DNA of 36,220 bases, taken from assembly GCA_039630575.1 (NCBI GenBank), contig JBCNUW010000021.1, positions 1-36,220 on the forward strand, written 5' to 3'. Shown here piece after piece: positions 25,622 to 34,801 of the stretch. The notes beneath the pieces are model-generated. The model was given only the letters and a program-made list of their open reading frames with translations. It did no database searches and was not told the origin of the DNA. The DNA is from Candidatus Hydrothermales bacterium (GTDB taxonomy: Bacteria; Hydrothermota; Hydrothermia; Hydrothermales; JAJRUZ01). Every line of letters begins with the position of its first letter. Position 1 is the stretch's first letter. Position numbers and translations under genes: made by a program.

Positions 25622-28372
25622 ATGAGACTCATTTTTTTTATCTTAATTTTTCTTTTATTTTCTGGAATAAACAAGATTCAATACAAAGATTTTGATTTTA
25701 AATACTTAGAAACCGAGCACTTTAAAATTTATTACTATTCAGGTGGAGAAAAACTGGCTGATTTTGCCTCCTTTTATTTAGAGGAAGCTTACCCTAAGTT
25801 TTCTGATTTTTTTAAGGTTAAAGTAAATTACAAAATACCAGTTATTATATACAACTCTCCAAACGATTTCAGACAAACTAATGTGATTCTTGAGAAATTA
25901 CCTGAGGGAGTAGGTGGTTTTACTGAGATTTTTAAAAAAAGAATTGTTTTACCTTTTAACGGCTCTTATTCTGAATTTAAACATGTTTTAATTCATGAGT
26001 TAACTCATGTTTTTGAGTATGAGCTTTTTTATGGAAGAGTAGGGCAAAATCTTTTAACTGGTAATGTTCCAAATGTCCCACTTTTTGTTATGGAGGGTCT
26101 TGCAGAGTATCTTTCTAAAGATGAAGATGCTGAGACAAGAGGGTTTGTAAGAGATTTAGTTATAAATAACCTATTACCTGATTTGGAAAGATTTTCAACT
26201 AGTGGGGGCTACATTGTTTACAGGTTGGGTGAAATGTTTTTTAGGTTTATAGAGGAAAAATATGGAAAGGAAAAGGTTTCAGAGTTTATAAGAAATTTTG
26301 TTGCAGCAAGAAATTTTGAAAAAAATGTTAAGAAAACCTTTGGTGAAAATATCAATAGGTTATCAGATCACTTTAACTGGTATATTAAAGAAAAGTTTTT
26401 TAGAGATTTTAGAGGCTACAGTTTTCCATATGAGTTAGCAGAGAGTGTAACTGATCATACAATAGAGGGGGGTTTTTTGAACATAGGATGTGCTATTTCT
26501 CCAGATGGTTCAAAAATAGCTTTTATTTCTGATAGGACCGGTTTTACTGATGTGTACATAAAATTTAGAGGAAGAAAAAAAGTAAAAAAAATTATTTCAG
26601 GACAGAAAAATCCATCTCTTGAGAATCTTCATCTTGTAAGACCATCACTTTCTTTTTCTTCTGATAGTAGGTATTTGGTTTTTGTTTCCTCTGGAGGTAA
26701 AAGTGATGTTCTTTTTATTTTTGATGTAGAAAAGAATAAAACCGTTAAAAAAAGAGAATTTTTAGAACTAGATGCTGTATATGAACCCTCTTTTAGTTCT
26801 CAAAGAAAAGAAGTTATTTTTACAGGATTAAAGGGTGGTTTTTCAGACATATACGTTTTTAATATTGAAACTGATCAAATTTTTTCTTTAATGGAAGACA
26901 AGTTTGATGATAGAAATCCCATTTTTATAAACGATAGTTTGATTTTATTTATTTCTGATAGAAATTTTGAGGGTAAATTTGGGGATTATGCGGTTTTCTC
27001 ATATAATCTTAAAAGGGGAAATTTAAAAAGGTTAACTCCCTATCTTGGAAGCATTGATGATCCTTTTATTTATGGTAAAAGAGTTTATTTTCTTTATGAT
27101 GAGCCTAAAGGTTTAAGAAATCTCTGCTATTATGACCTAGAGAAAGATTCTCTTTACAGGTTTACTAATTTTCCAACGCATGTGAGGGATATTTCCTATT
27201 CAGAAAATATAAACTCTATTTCTTTATCACTTCTTTGGAAGGGTGGTTATGATATTTTTTTAATCAAGGATATTTCTTCTTTAAGGTCCGAGATTGTTTT
27301 ACTTGATGAGAAAGAGATAGAGGAATACAAAGAGGGTGATTATCCAAGAAAGGATTATACTATTAACTTAACACCGGATTGGATAATAGCTGGTTTTGGA
27401 TATTCTCCACTTTTTGGATATTTTGGGGGTTTTACACTTGGAATTTCAGATATTCTTGGAAATTGGAAAATTGAATTTTTTTCAGAGCTATCGCAAGATC
27501 TTTTGAATTCTAATTGGGATTTGCGCGTATTTTATCTTAAAAATAGAGCAGATTATATGTTTCAATTTTATCAGTATTTTCCCTATTATGTTTTGTCTCA
27601 AACTGAGGATGCTTTAGACAGAGATCTCGGTATTTTGGTTCTTTTTAGTTATCCCTTTGATATTTTTAACAGTATAACTTCTGGTTTTAATGTTGGTTAT
27701 AGGGAACGATACCTTATAGATTATTTTAGAGATAAAATTACCTTTCAGACTTTTATGGTATATGACTTTATTTTATTTTATCTTTTTGACAGGAGCTTTA
27801 GATTAGAAAATAAAGTAAAGGATGGAGAACTGTTGGGTTTAGGATTTGTGAAGGGATTTTCTCCTAGTTATAATTATTATGAACTTCAGGCTGATTTAAG
27901 AAAATATTTTAGGTTAACTCCCCGTTCTAACTTAGCAATTAGGTTTTTCTCAGGCTTCATAGATGGAAGTGAAAAAGTTATATCTTACTATTTTGGTTCA
28001 CCCTATCTGATGAGGGGTTATAGCCTATTTTCGAAGTGGGGAAGAATGTTTATTTATAGTGCATTAGAACTTAGGATTCCTTTTCTTGATAGGCTCAGAA
28101 TAGGTTTTTTCCCTGTTGAAATTGGAGGTATAAAGAGTGTATTATTTATTGAAGCAGGTTTGTTGGGAAATAAAGAAGATTTAAGAAAATTTAAACTTTT
28201 TGAAAAAACTGACTTTTTTGTAAAAGCTAAGGATTTACTTATGGATTTAGGGATTGGTTTCCGTTTTGATTTGGATTATTTTTATTTGAAGCTTGATTTT
28301 GCAAGAAAGTGGGATTTGAAAAAATTGTATGATAATTGGCAATTTTGGTTAACATTTGGTGATGATTTTTAG
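25622..28372 (+). CDS. Omp85 (BamA/TamA)-family outer membrane protein with an N-terminal zincin-like domain and a TolB/PD40 beta-propeller
   Basis: HELTH...EGLAEY; SPDGSKIAFISDR-type repeats; barrel with LMRGY loop motif, ELR.P, DLGIGFRF and a terminal Phe. Confidence 0.82.
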   Translation: MRLIFFILIFLLFSGINKIQYKDFDFKYLETEHFKIYYYSGGEKLADFASFYLEEAYPKFSDFFKVKVNYKIPVIIYNSPNDFRQTNVILEKLPEGVGGFTEIFKKRIVLPFNGSYSEFKHVLIHELTHVFEYELFYGRVGQNLLTGNVPNVPLFVMEGLAEYLSKDEDAETRGFVRDLVINNLLPDLERFSTSGGYIVYRLGEMFFRFIEEKYGKEKVSEFIRNFVAARNFEKNVKKTFGENINRLSDHFNWYIKEKFFRDFRGYSFPYELAESVTDHTIEGGFLNIGCAISPDGSKIAFISDRTGFTDVYIKFRGRKKVKKIISGQKNPSLENLHLVRPSLSFSSDSRYLVFVSSGGKSDVLFIFDVEKNKTVKKREFLELDAVYEPSFSSQRKEVIFTGLKGGFSDIYVFNIETDQIFSLMEDKFDDRNPIFINDSLILFISDRNFEGKFGDYAVFSYNLKRGNLKRLTPYLGSIDDPFIYGKRVYFLYDEPKGLRNLCYYDLEKDSLYRFTNFPTHVRDISYSENINSISLSLLWKGGYDIFLIKDISSLRSEIVLLDEKEIEEYKEGDYPRKDYTINLTPDWIIAGFGYSPLFGYFGGFTLGISDILGNWKIEFFSELSQDLLNSNWDLRVFYLKNRADYMFQFYQYFPYYVLSQTEDALDRDLGILVLFSYPFDIFNSITSGFNVGYRERYLIDYFRDKITFQTFMVYDFILFYLFDRSFRLENKVKDGELLGLGFVKGFSPSYNYYELQADLRKYFRLTPRSNLAIRFFSGFIDGSEKVISYYFGSPYLMRGYSLFSKWGRMFIYSALELRIPFLDRLRIGFFPVEIGGIKSVLFIEAGLLGNKEDLRKFKLFEKTDFFVKAKDLLMDLGIGFRFDLDYFYLKLDFARKWDLKKLYDNWQFWLTFGDDF

Positions 28373-28697
28373 TTTAATTTCACAGTCTGGTACACAAGAG
28401 GTTAACCCGATTGGTGCTATTATTGTTTTTGTTTTTCCTTTTGTTGTAATGCTTTTTATTTTTTATTTCTTTTTTTTAAGACCTCAGCAGAAGGAGGAGA
28501 AAGAAAGGTTTAAGATGATAAATTCCTTAAAGAAAGGAGATAAAGTAGTAACACTTGGTGGTATAATAGGAACAGTTATTAAGGTTGATGATAGTGTAGT
28601 TACTTTAAGAACAGGTCCAGGAACTATAATAAAGTTTGAAAAGAGTGCGATAAAGAGAAAAATAGGTGAGAGTGTGGAAGGTGAAAAAAATTCTTGA
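28362..28697 (+). CDS. yajC: Preprotein translocase subunit YajC
   Basis: FYFFFLRPQQK and LKKGDKVVTLGGIIG. Confidence 0.95.
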   Translation: MIFSLISQSGTQEVNPIGAIIVFVFPFVVMLFIFYFFFLRPQQKEEKERFKMINSLKKGDKVVTLGGIIGTVIKVDDSVVTLRTGPGTIIKFEKSAIKRKIGESVEGEKNS

Positions 28698-29208
28698 AAT
28701 AAGGTATTACGGAGATCCGATTCTTAGGAAGGAGACAAAACCAGTTAAGAGAATAACTAAAGAAATCAAGGATTTAGTAGTTCAAATGATTGATACAATG
28801 GAATTTTTTGAGGGAGCAGGTATTGCGGCAAATCAAGTTGGAGAAAATCTATCAATTTTTGTAGTTTCAAAAAAAGTAGTGGGAGAGGAGAAGGGTCATC
28901 TTGTTGTTATAAATCCGGAGATTGTTGATATTAGGGGTCAGATTTTAATGGAGGAGGGTTGTCTTTCTATTCCTGGTGTTTATGCTGAGGTTGAAAGAGC
29001 CGAGTTTGTTGACTTAAAATATATAAACTTAAAGGGTGAGAATGATTTTTTGAAGGCGGATAGTCTTTTAGCAAGAGTTATATTACACGAATATGACCAT
29101 TTAAAGGGTTTTTTATTTCTCGATAGGGTTGATAGGGATACAAGAAGGATTTTGTTAGCCCGTTTTAGAAAGAATTTTGAATCAGAAATAAGTAGAATTA
29201 AAGTTTAA
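28681..29208 (+). CDS. def: Peptide deformylase (GTG start at 28681 or 28666)
   Basis: YGDPILR, GAGIAANQVG, EGCLSIPG and HEYDHL.G. Confidence 0.96.
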   Translation: MKKILEIRYYGDPILRKETKPVKRITKEIKDLVVQMIDTMEFFEGAGIAANQVGENLSIFVVSKKVVGEEKGHLVVINPEIVDIRGQILMEEGCLSIPGVYAEVERAEFVDLKYINLKGENDFLKADSLLARVILHEYDHLKGFLFLDRVDRDTRRILLARFRKNFESEISRIKV

Positions 29209-29252
29209 AAGGGTTTAATTCCCTTAATTTTCTTTTTAAATTTTAATACAGG

Positions 29253-30179
29253 ATGTTTGAAGGTAGTTTTATATTCTTTGGCACAGGTGATTTTGCTGCA
29301 AAGGTATTTATATCGATGTTAAAAAATGGTTTGAAACCAGATGCTGTTGTTACAGCTCCTGATAAACCTCAAGGTAGAGGATTGAAGATTACTCCTTCTC
29401 CTGTTAAAGAGCTTTCTTTACAGCATGGTATAAGAAGGGATAGAATTTTCCAGCCCTATGATGTTAATCATCCTGCAAGTGTAAGTGAATTAAAAAAGCT
29501 TGAGCCTGAATTAATCCTTTTGACAGATTATGGTCAGATACTTGGTAAAGAACTTTTAAATTTACCAAAGAATGGGGCTATAAATCTTCATCCTTCTCTT
29601 TTACCAAAGTATAGGGGTGCTGCACCTCTGGAAAGGGCGATTATGAATGGAGAAGAGGAAACAGGTTTTACTTTTTTTATAATGGATGAAAAGATTGATA
29701 CTGGAAAAATAATCTATCAAGAAAAGATTAAGATAGGGGATAAGACAAAGGGGGAGATTGAGTCTATAATTTCTGAGAGATCAATTAGTATTTTTTCTGA
29801 GATTTATGATAAGTATAAAAGAGGAGAAATAAAACCCAAACCGCAGCGTGGGGAGTCATCTTATGCTCACAAGTTAGATGAAGATGAATTATGGATTGAC
29901 TGGAAAAAGGATGCCTTTTTTGTGATGAGGCATATTCATGCTCTTTCACCAACACCTGGTGCGAGGACTCATTTTGATGGCAAATATATAAAGATATATA
30001 AAGTTCAAGAGAATAGGGATTATTCAGGTCCGATAGGTAAGATAATAATTGAAGGTTCAAGGTTATTTGTTATGTGTGGTGAGGGTGCTGTAGAAGTTTT
30101 AGAACTTCAATCAGCTGGAAAGAGGAAAATGACGGCTTCAGAGTATGTTCAAGGTAACCACCCTTTTTGGGCAGAATGA
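29253..30179 (+). CDS. fmt: Methionyl-tRNA formyltransferase
   Basis: FFGT..FA, VVT.PDKP.GRG, NLHPSLLPKYRGAAP and D.G; adjacent to def. Confidence 0.96.
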   Translation: MFEGSFIFFGTGDFAAKVFISMLKNGLKPDAVVTAPDKPQGRGLKITPSPVKELSLQHGIRRDRIFQPYDVNHPASVSELKKLEPELILLTDYGQILGKELLNLPKNGAINLHPSLLPKYRGAAPLERAIMNGEEETGFTFFIMDEKIDTGKIIYQEKIKIGDKTKGEIESIISERSISIFSEIYDKYKRGEIKPKPQRGESSYAHKLDEDELWIDWKKDAFFVMRHIHALSPTPGARTHFDGKYIKIYKVQENRDYSGPIGKIIIEGSRLFVMCGEGAVEVLELQSAGKRKMTASEYVQGNHPFWAE

Positions 30180-30427
30180 AAATACTTGAGGAATTTGGAA
30201 GGTTATCTATCATTTTAGGGGTATTTTTAGTTTTAATTGGTCTTTTTTTCTATTTTTTCTCAAAGGTTGAGATTCAAAGGAGTTTTCTGAAATTGCCGCG
30301 TATGCCTTTTGATATATTAATAGAAAAGGAAAATTTCAAATTTTATTTTCCCTTAGGAACTTCAATAATTATTTCAATTATTTTAACGATAATTTTAAAT
30401 GTTTTCTTTAAGTTCTTGAAAAAATAA
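30176..30427 (+). CDS. DUF2905-like small membrane protein
   Basis: Two hydrophobic helices flanking P.DI.IE.ENFKFYFPL.TSI; ATGA overlap with the fmt stop. Confidence 0.8.
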   Translation: MKILEEFGRLSIILGVFLVLIGLFFYFFSKVEIQRSFLKLPRMPFDILIEKENFKFYFPLGTSIIISIILTIILNVFFKFLKK

Positions 30428-30445
30428 AAATATAAGATGTATAAT
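30416..30445 (+). promoter_or_regulatory. Putative promoter directly upstream of rpsE (near-leaderless)
   Basis: TTGAAA-18 nt-TATAAT, then 8 nt to the ATG; no SD. Confidence 0.55.
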
Positions 30446-30453
30446 AAAAAGCT

Positions 30454-30957
30454 ATGGAAGAGGGAAAAACCTTTATAGAGAATATTATATCTTTGAGTCG
30501 TGTTGTTAAGGTTGTAACTGGTGGAAGAAGATTTAAGATTTCTGCTTGGGTTGCTGTTGGTGATGGAGAGGGAAAAGTAGGGATAGGACATGGTAAGGCG
30601 GCAGAAACTCCTGATGCTATTGCAAAAGCCTTAAAAAGGGCGAGAAAGAATATGATAAATGTTCCCATTATAAATGGAACGATACCACATCCAGTTCTTG
30701 GAAAAGTTGGTGCCTCTAAAATTCTTTTAAAACCGGCGGGTCCTGGTACAGGTTTAATTGCTTGTCACACTGTCAGAGCAATTCTGGAGGCAGCTGGTTA
30801 CAGAAATGTTCTAACAAAATCCTTAGGTTCAACTACACCTTGTAATCTTGCTCAAGCTACAATGGATGCCTTATCAAAACTTAAGGATCCGAGACTATTT
30901 TCAAGGAGAAGAGGGTTACCTCTTTTAAGGGTTACAAGAAAATTTATGATTTCATAG
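30454..30957 (+). CDS. rpsE: 30S ribosomal protein S5
   Basis: RV.KVV.GGRRF, VGDG.GKVG.G.GKA, TIPH and LKPAGPGTG.IA. Confidence 0.96.
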   Translation: MEEGKTFIENIISLSRVVKVVTGGRRFKISAWVAVGDGEGKVGIGHGKAAETPDAIAKALKRARKNMINVPIINGTIPHPVLGKVGASKILLKPAGPGTGLIACHTVRAILEAAGYRNVLTKSLGSTTPCNLAQATMDALSKLKDPRLFSRRRGLPLLRVTRKFMIS

Positions 30958-30958
30958 T

Positions 30959-31168
30959 ATGGAAGAAAGGTATTTAAGGATAAAGCAAATCAAGTCTAAA
31001 ATTGGGGCAAACTGGAGAGCCAAGAGAACTCTTGAGGCTCTTGGTCTTAAAAAAATAGGTCAGGTTGTAATAAAGAGGGATACTCCTCAGATAAGAGGTA
31101 TGATAGACAAAATAAGATATCTTATTGAAGTTGAAGAGATTTTTGAAAAAGATAAAGGAGGGTTTTAA
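30959..31168 (+). CDS. rpmD: 50S ribosomal protein L30
   Basis: [19 protein letters not shown] and TPQIRGMI; located between rpsE and rplO. Confidence 0.95.
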   Translation: MEERYLRIKQIKSKIGANWRAKRTLEALGLKKIGQVVIKRDTPQIRGMIDKIRYLIEVEEIFEKDKGGF

Positions 31169-31169
31169 T

Positions 31170-31616
31170 ATGCTTGATTTAAGTAAACTAAGGCCTGCAA
31201 GGGGAGCTAAAAAGAAGCCAAAGAGAGTTGGAAGAGGTATTGGTTCAGGTCATGGAAAGACATCTGGTAGGGGGCATAAGGGTGCAGGATCAAGATCGGG
31301 AAAGGAAAAGGGTCCTGAATTTGAAGGTGGACAGACTCCATTATACAGGAGGTTGCCGAAAAAGGGATTTGTAAATCCTTTTGGTGAGAAATATGAGGTT
31401 ATAAATATAAAAAATTTAGTAGAGAAGTTTAAAGAAGGAGAGGAGGCTACATACGAGGAAATGAAAAATAGAAGAGTTTTAAGGAGGAATTTTAAGGTTA
31501 AGCTTCTTTCAGACGGAGAGATAAATTTTCCTTTGAAAGTTTATGTTCACAAGGCTTCTAAGAAGGCAATTCAAAAAATTAAAAATGTAGGTGGTGAGGT
31601 AATATTTATAAAGTAA
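31170..31616 (+). CDS. rplO: 50S ribosomal protein L15
   Basis: [21 protein letters not shown] and [23 protein letters not shown] before ATG 31170. Confidence 0.96.
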   Translation: MLDLSKLRPARGAKKKPKRVGRGIGSGHGKTSGRGHKGAGSRSGKEKGPEFEGGQTPLYRRLPKKGFVNPFGEKYEVINIKNLVEKFKEGEEATYEEMKNRRVLRRNFKVKLLSDGEINFPLKVYVHKASKKAIQKIKNVGGEVIFIK

Positions 31617-31617
31617 A

Positions 31618-32949
31618 ATGGCAAAGGAACCTACGATTGAGAGAATAAGGAATATTTTTAAAATAAAAGATTTAAAGGAGAGATTTTTATTTACAGCGCT
31701 TGTTTTAGTGATTTTCAGGTTAGGAACACATATACCTATTCCTGGAATTGATGTAAAAGCTCTCGGAGAACTTTTTGCTCAGCAGTTAAGGGGTTCATTT
31801 CTCGGGCTATTTGACCTTTTTGTTGGTGGAGCGCTTTCAAGAGCTTCTATCTTGGGAATTGGAATAATGCCTTACATTTCTTCTTCTATTATATTTCAGA
31901 TTCTTACAACATCGGTTCCTTATCTTGAAAAAATACAAAGAGAGGGGGAGGCTGGGAGGAGGAGGATTGAGCAGTGGACAAGATATTTAACAGTATTTGT
32001 TGCTGCTATTCAATCTTTCGGAATTGCTTCACTTTTGACGAGATTTACTTCTCCTTCTGGATTACCAATTGTTCCGAATCCAGGAATAGGTTTTACTCTT
32101 TTGACAGTTATAACACTTTCAGCTGGTGCAGTTTTTTGTATGTGGTTGGGTGAGCAAATTACAGAAAGGGGTATTGGAAATGGTGCCTCTATGCTTATTT
32201 TTGTGGGTTCACTAGATACTGTACCGCAAGAGGTTTTACAAACTTTCAATTTATTAAAAAACGGAGCAATCTCCTTAGCTGGTATTTTATTTGCACTTTC
32301 TACTTTGTTTTTACTTACCTATTCAATAGTTTTTGTTAATCTTTCTTCGAGGAAAATTCCTATTCAGTATGCAAGAAGAGTAATTGGAAGGAAAGTTTAC
32401 GGAGGTGCTTCAACTCATCTACCTCTTAAGATGACGCTTGCTGGTGTTATGGCTATAATTTTTGCTCAGAGTATAATGATTTTGCCCTATTCTTTAGGTT
32501 CTTTCTTTCCGCAACTACAGGACATAATGATTTATACCCAACTTTTTAATCCAGGGCATCTCTTGTACGATTTGATTTATGGTATTCTTATTATATTTTT
32601 TAACTATTTCTACACAGCAGTTGTTCTGAATCCTAAAGATATAGCAGATAATTTGCAGAAATACGCTGGTTTTATTCCAGGTGTAAGGGCGGGTGATAAA
32701 ACCGCAGAGTATATCGATAATGTTTTAAAGAGAATTTTATTACCTGGTGGAATATTTATAGCACTTGTAGCAATTTTACCTTATTATATTTCAAGAATAA
32801 CCAATGTTCCCTTTTATTTTGGGGGAACGAGGCTTTTAATAATAATAGGTGTAGCACAGGATACTCTCCAGCAGATTGAGTCACATCTTCTAACAAGACA
32901 GTATGAGGGATTGTTGCAAAAAGGTAGATTCAAGGGAAGAAGAGGTTAA
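31618..32949 (+). CDS. secY: Preprotein translocase subunit SecY
   Basis: HIPIPGID, GIMPYI, WLGEQITERGIGNG, FIPGVRAG and FGGT.LLI. Confidence 0.97.
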   Translation: MAKEPTIERIRNIFKIKDLKERFLFTALVLVIFRLGTHIPIPGIDVKALGELFAQQLRGSFLGLFDLFVGGALSRASILGIGIMPYISSSIIFQILTTSVPYLEKIQREGEAGRRRIEQWTRYLTVFVAAIQSFGIASLLTRFTSPSGLPIVPNPGIGFTLLTVITLSAGAVFCMWLGEQITERGIGNGASMLIFVGSLDTVPQEVLQTFNLLKNGAISLAGILFALSTLFLLTYSIVFVNLSSRKIPIQYARRVIGRKVYGGASTHLPLKMTLAGVMAIIFAQSIMILPYSLGSFFPQLQDIMIYTQLFNPGHLLYDLIYGILIIFFNYFYTAVVLNPKDIADNLQKYAGFIPGVRAGDKTAEYIDNVLKRILLPGGIFIALVAILPYYISRITNVPFYFGGTRLLIIIGVAQDTLQQIESHLLTRQYEGLLQKGRFKGRRG

Positions 32950-33581
32950 TGAGAATTCTTTTTATAGGTCCTCCAGGAGCTGGAAAGGGGACACAAGCAA
33001 AAAAGCTTTCAGAACATATGGGTATTCCTATGATTTCTACTGGGGATTTACTCAGAGAAAATGTAAGGAAAAATACAGAACTTGGTACGATTGCAAAGAA
33101 ATATATGGAGCAAGGTGTTCTTGTTCCTGATGACTTGATGGTTAAAATTGTAGTTAATGCTTTGGTCAGTTTCGATAGTTTTATCCTTGATGGATTTCCC
33201 AGAAACATAAATCAGGCAAAGGCACTTGACAGATTGTTAGAGGATTTGAATAAACCTCTTACACATGTTATATATTTTGATGTAGATGATGACGAAATTA
33301 TAAAAAGGTTAACATCAAGAAGATTATGTCCAAAATGTAATAAAATATACAATCTAAGTTATGACCCACCTGTTAATGATGAGATCTGTGATCAATGTAA
33401 TGTAAAACTTATTACACGGGATGATGATAAAGAAGAGGTAATAAGAAATAGATTGAAAGTTTTTAAAGAAAATACCTATCCTCTTGTTGATTATTACACT
33501 AAATTGGGTATTCTTAGAGTTATTGAGGGGAAAGGGGATGTTGATGAAATAAATGCTAAAATTAGAAAGATATTTTTATGA
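32949..33581 (+). CDS. adk: Adenylate kinase with Zn-binding LID
   Basis: GPPGAGKGTQ, STGDLLR, LDGFPR, CPKC...CDQC and RDDD. Confidence 0.97.
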   Translation: MRILFIGPPGAGKGTQAKKLSEHMGIPMISTGDLLRENVRKNTELGTIAKKYMEQGVLVPDDLMVKIVVNALVSFDSFILDGFPRNINQAKALDRLLEDLNKPLTHVIYFDVDDDEIIKRLTSRRLCPKCNKIYNLSYDPPVNDEICDQCNVKLITRDDDKEEVIRNRLKVFKENTYPLVDYYTKLGILRVIEGKGDVDEINAKIRKIFL

Positions 33582-34330
33582 TAATTCTAAAATCAAATGA
33601 GGAGATTGAAAATATAAAAAAAGCTTCAAAGATAGTAGCTTGTGTCTTGTTTTATATAGAGGAGTACATAAGACCAGGCATAACTACAAAGAAGTTAAAT
33701 GATATAATTGACAGGATGATAAGGAAGATGGGTGGTTTACCAGCTTTTCTTGGCTACAAGGGTTTTCCTGCCTCAGCTTGTATTTCAGTTGACAATGAGG
33801 TTGTTCATGGTATACCGTCAGATAAGAAAGTTTTAGAGGAGGGTAATATTGTTAAGATAGATGTAGGTGTAAATATGTACGGTTTTTTTGGTGATGGAGC
33901 AAAGACTTACAAAGTTGGTAAGGTTAACGGTGAAGTTGAAAAACTTATATACGTAACAGAAAAAGCTTTGTACCTTGGAATCAGTCAAGCAAAACCATTT
34001 AGAAGGGTTGGTGATATTGGGTTTGAGATTCAAAATTATGTTGAAAGTAACGGTTTTAGTGTAGTAAGAGATCTTGCTGGTCATGGTGTAGGTCATTATT
34101 TACATGAGGAGCCAGTGGTTCCAAATTATGGAAAAAAAGGTCAAGGTCCTTTGTTGAAAAGGGGTCTTGTTCTGGCAATTGAACCTATGGTTAATATGGG
34201 AACTTATGAGGTTAAGATACTTGATGATAAATGGACAATTGTTACTCTTGATGGTAAACCATCGGCTCATTTTGAGCATACTGTTTTGGTTGATGATGAA
34301 CCAATTATTTTAACAGAGAGCTCTAATTAG
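33578..34330 (+). CDS. map: Methionine aminopeptidase type I
   Basis: C.SV...VVHGIP, GHGVG..LHEEP, AIEPM and SAHFEHT. Confidence 0.97.
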   Translation: MIILKSNEEIENIKKASKIVACVLFYIEEYIRPGITTKKLNDIIDRMIRKMGGLPAFLGYKGFPASACISVDNEVVHGIPSDKKVLEEGNIVKIDVGVNMYGFFGDGAKTYKVGKVNGEVEKLIYVTEKALYLGISQAKPFRRVGDIGFEIQNYVESNGFSVVRDLAGHGVGHYLHEEPVVPNYGKKGQGPLLKRGLVLAIEPMVNMGTYEVKILDDKWTIVTLDGKPSAHFEHTVLVDDEPIILTESSN

Positions 34331-34339
34331 GGAGGTATT

Positions 34340-34558
34340 ATGTCAAAGAAGGGTGTTATAAGAATGGAGGGAACTGTAAAGGAAGTTTTACCAAATACAA
34401 TGTTCAGAGTTGCCTTAGATGCAGGTCCTACTGTTTTATGTCATCTTTCCGGTAAGATGAGGTTGAATTTTATTAAGATACTTCCTGGTGATAGGGTTGT
34501 AGTTGAGCTTTCTCCTTACGATCTTACAAGGGGAAGAATAATTTTTAGAAAAACTTAA
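34340..34558 (+). CDS. infA: Translation initiation factor IF-1
   Basis: [13 protein letters not shown] and [24 protein letters not shown]. Confidence 0.97.
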   Translation: MSKKGVIRMEGTVKEVLPNTMFRVALDAGPTVLCHLSGKMRLNFIKILPGDRVVVELSPYDLTRGRIIFRKT

Positions 34559-34568
34559 ATTTAAGTTT
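34551..34568. repeat. Perfect 18-bp palindrome spanning the infA stop codon
   Basis: AAACTTAAATTTAAGTTT equals its own reverse complement; function unknown. Confidence 0.5.
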
Positions 34569-34605
34569 AAAGGTTCTATTCCTTGATTATAATTTTAAGT
34601 AAAAA

Positions 34606-34800
34606 ATGCCAAAATTGAAGACAAAAAAAGCGGCAAAAAAGAGGTTTAGGTTGACAAAAAAAGGTAAGGTTAAGTATTTTCATTCTTTTCATTCTCATTT
34701 AGCTGGGAGTAAAAATGCAAAAAGAAAGAGAAGATTGAGAAAGCCTGATTATTTAGAGGGTGAAGATGCAAAGAGAATAAAAAGATTGGTAAATATTTAA
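34606..34800 (+). CDS. rpmI: 50S ribosomal protein L35
   Basis: MPKLKTKKAAKKRF..T..GK, SHL and KRKRRLR. Confidence 0.95.
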   Translation: MPKLKTKKAAKKRFRLTKKGKVKYFHSFHSHLAGSKNAKRKRRLRKPDYLEGEDAKRIKRLVNI

Positions 34801-34801
34801 A

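Noticed and set aside
29209..29236. AAGGG-tttaatt-CCCTT hairpin between def and fmt as a terminator
   Set aside because: The stem is only 5 bp with an interrupted T-tract, and def-fmt are normally co-transcribed; too weak to call.
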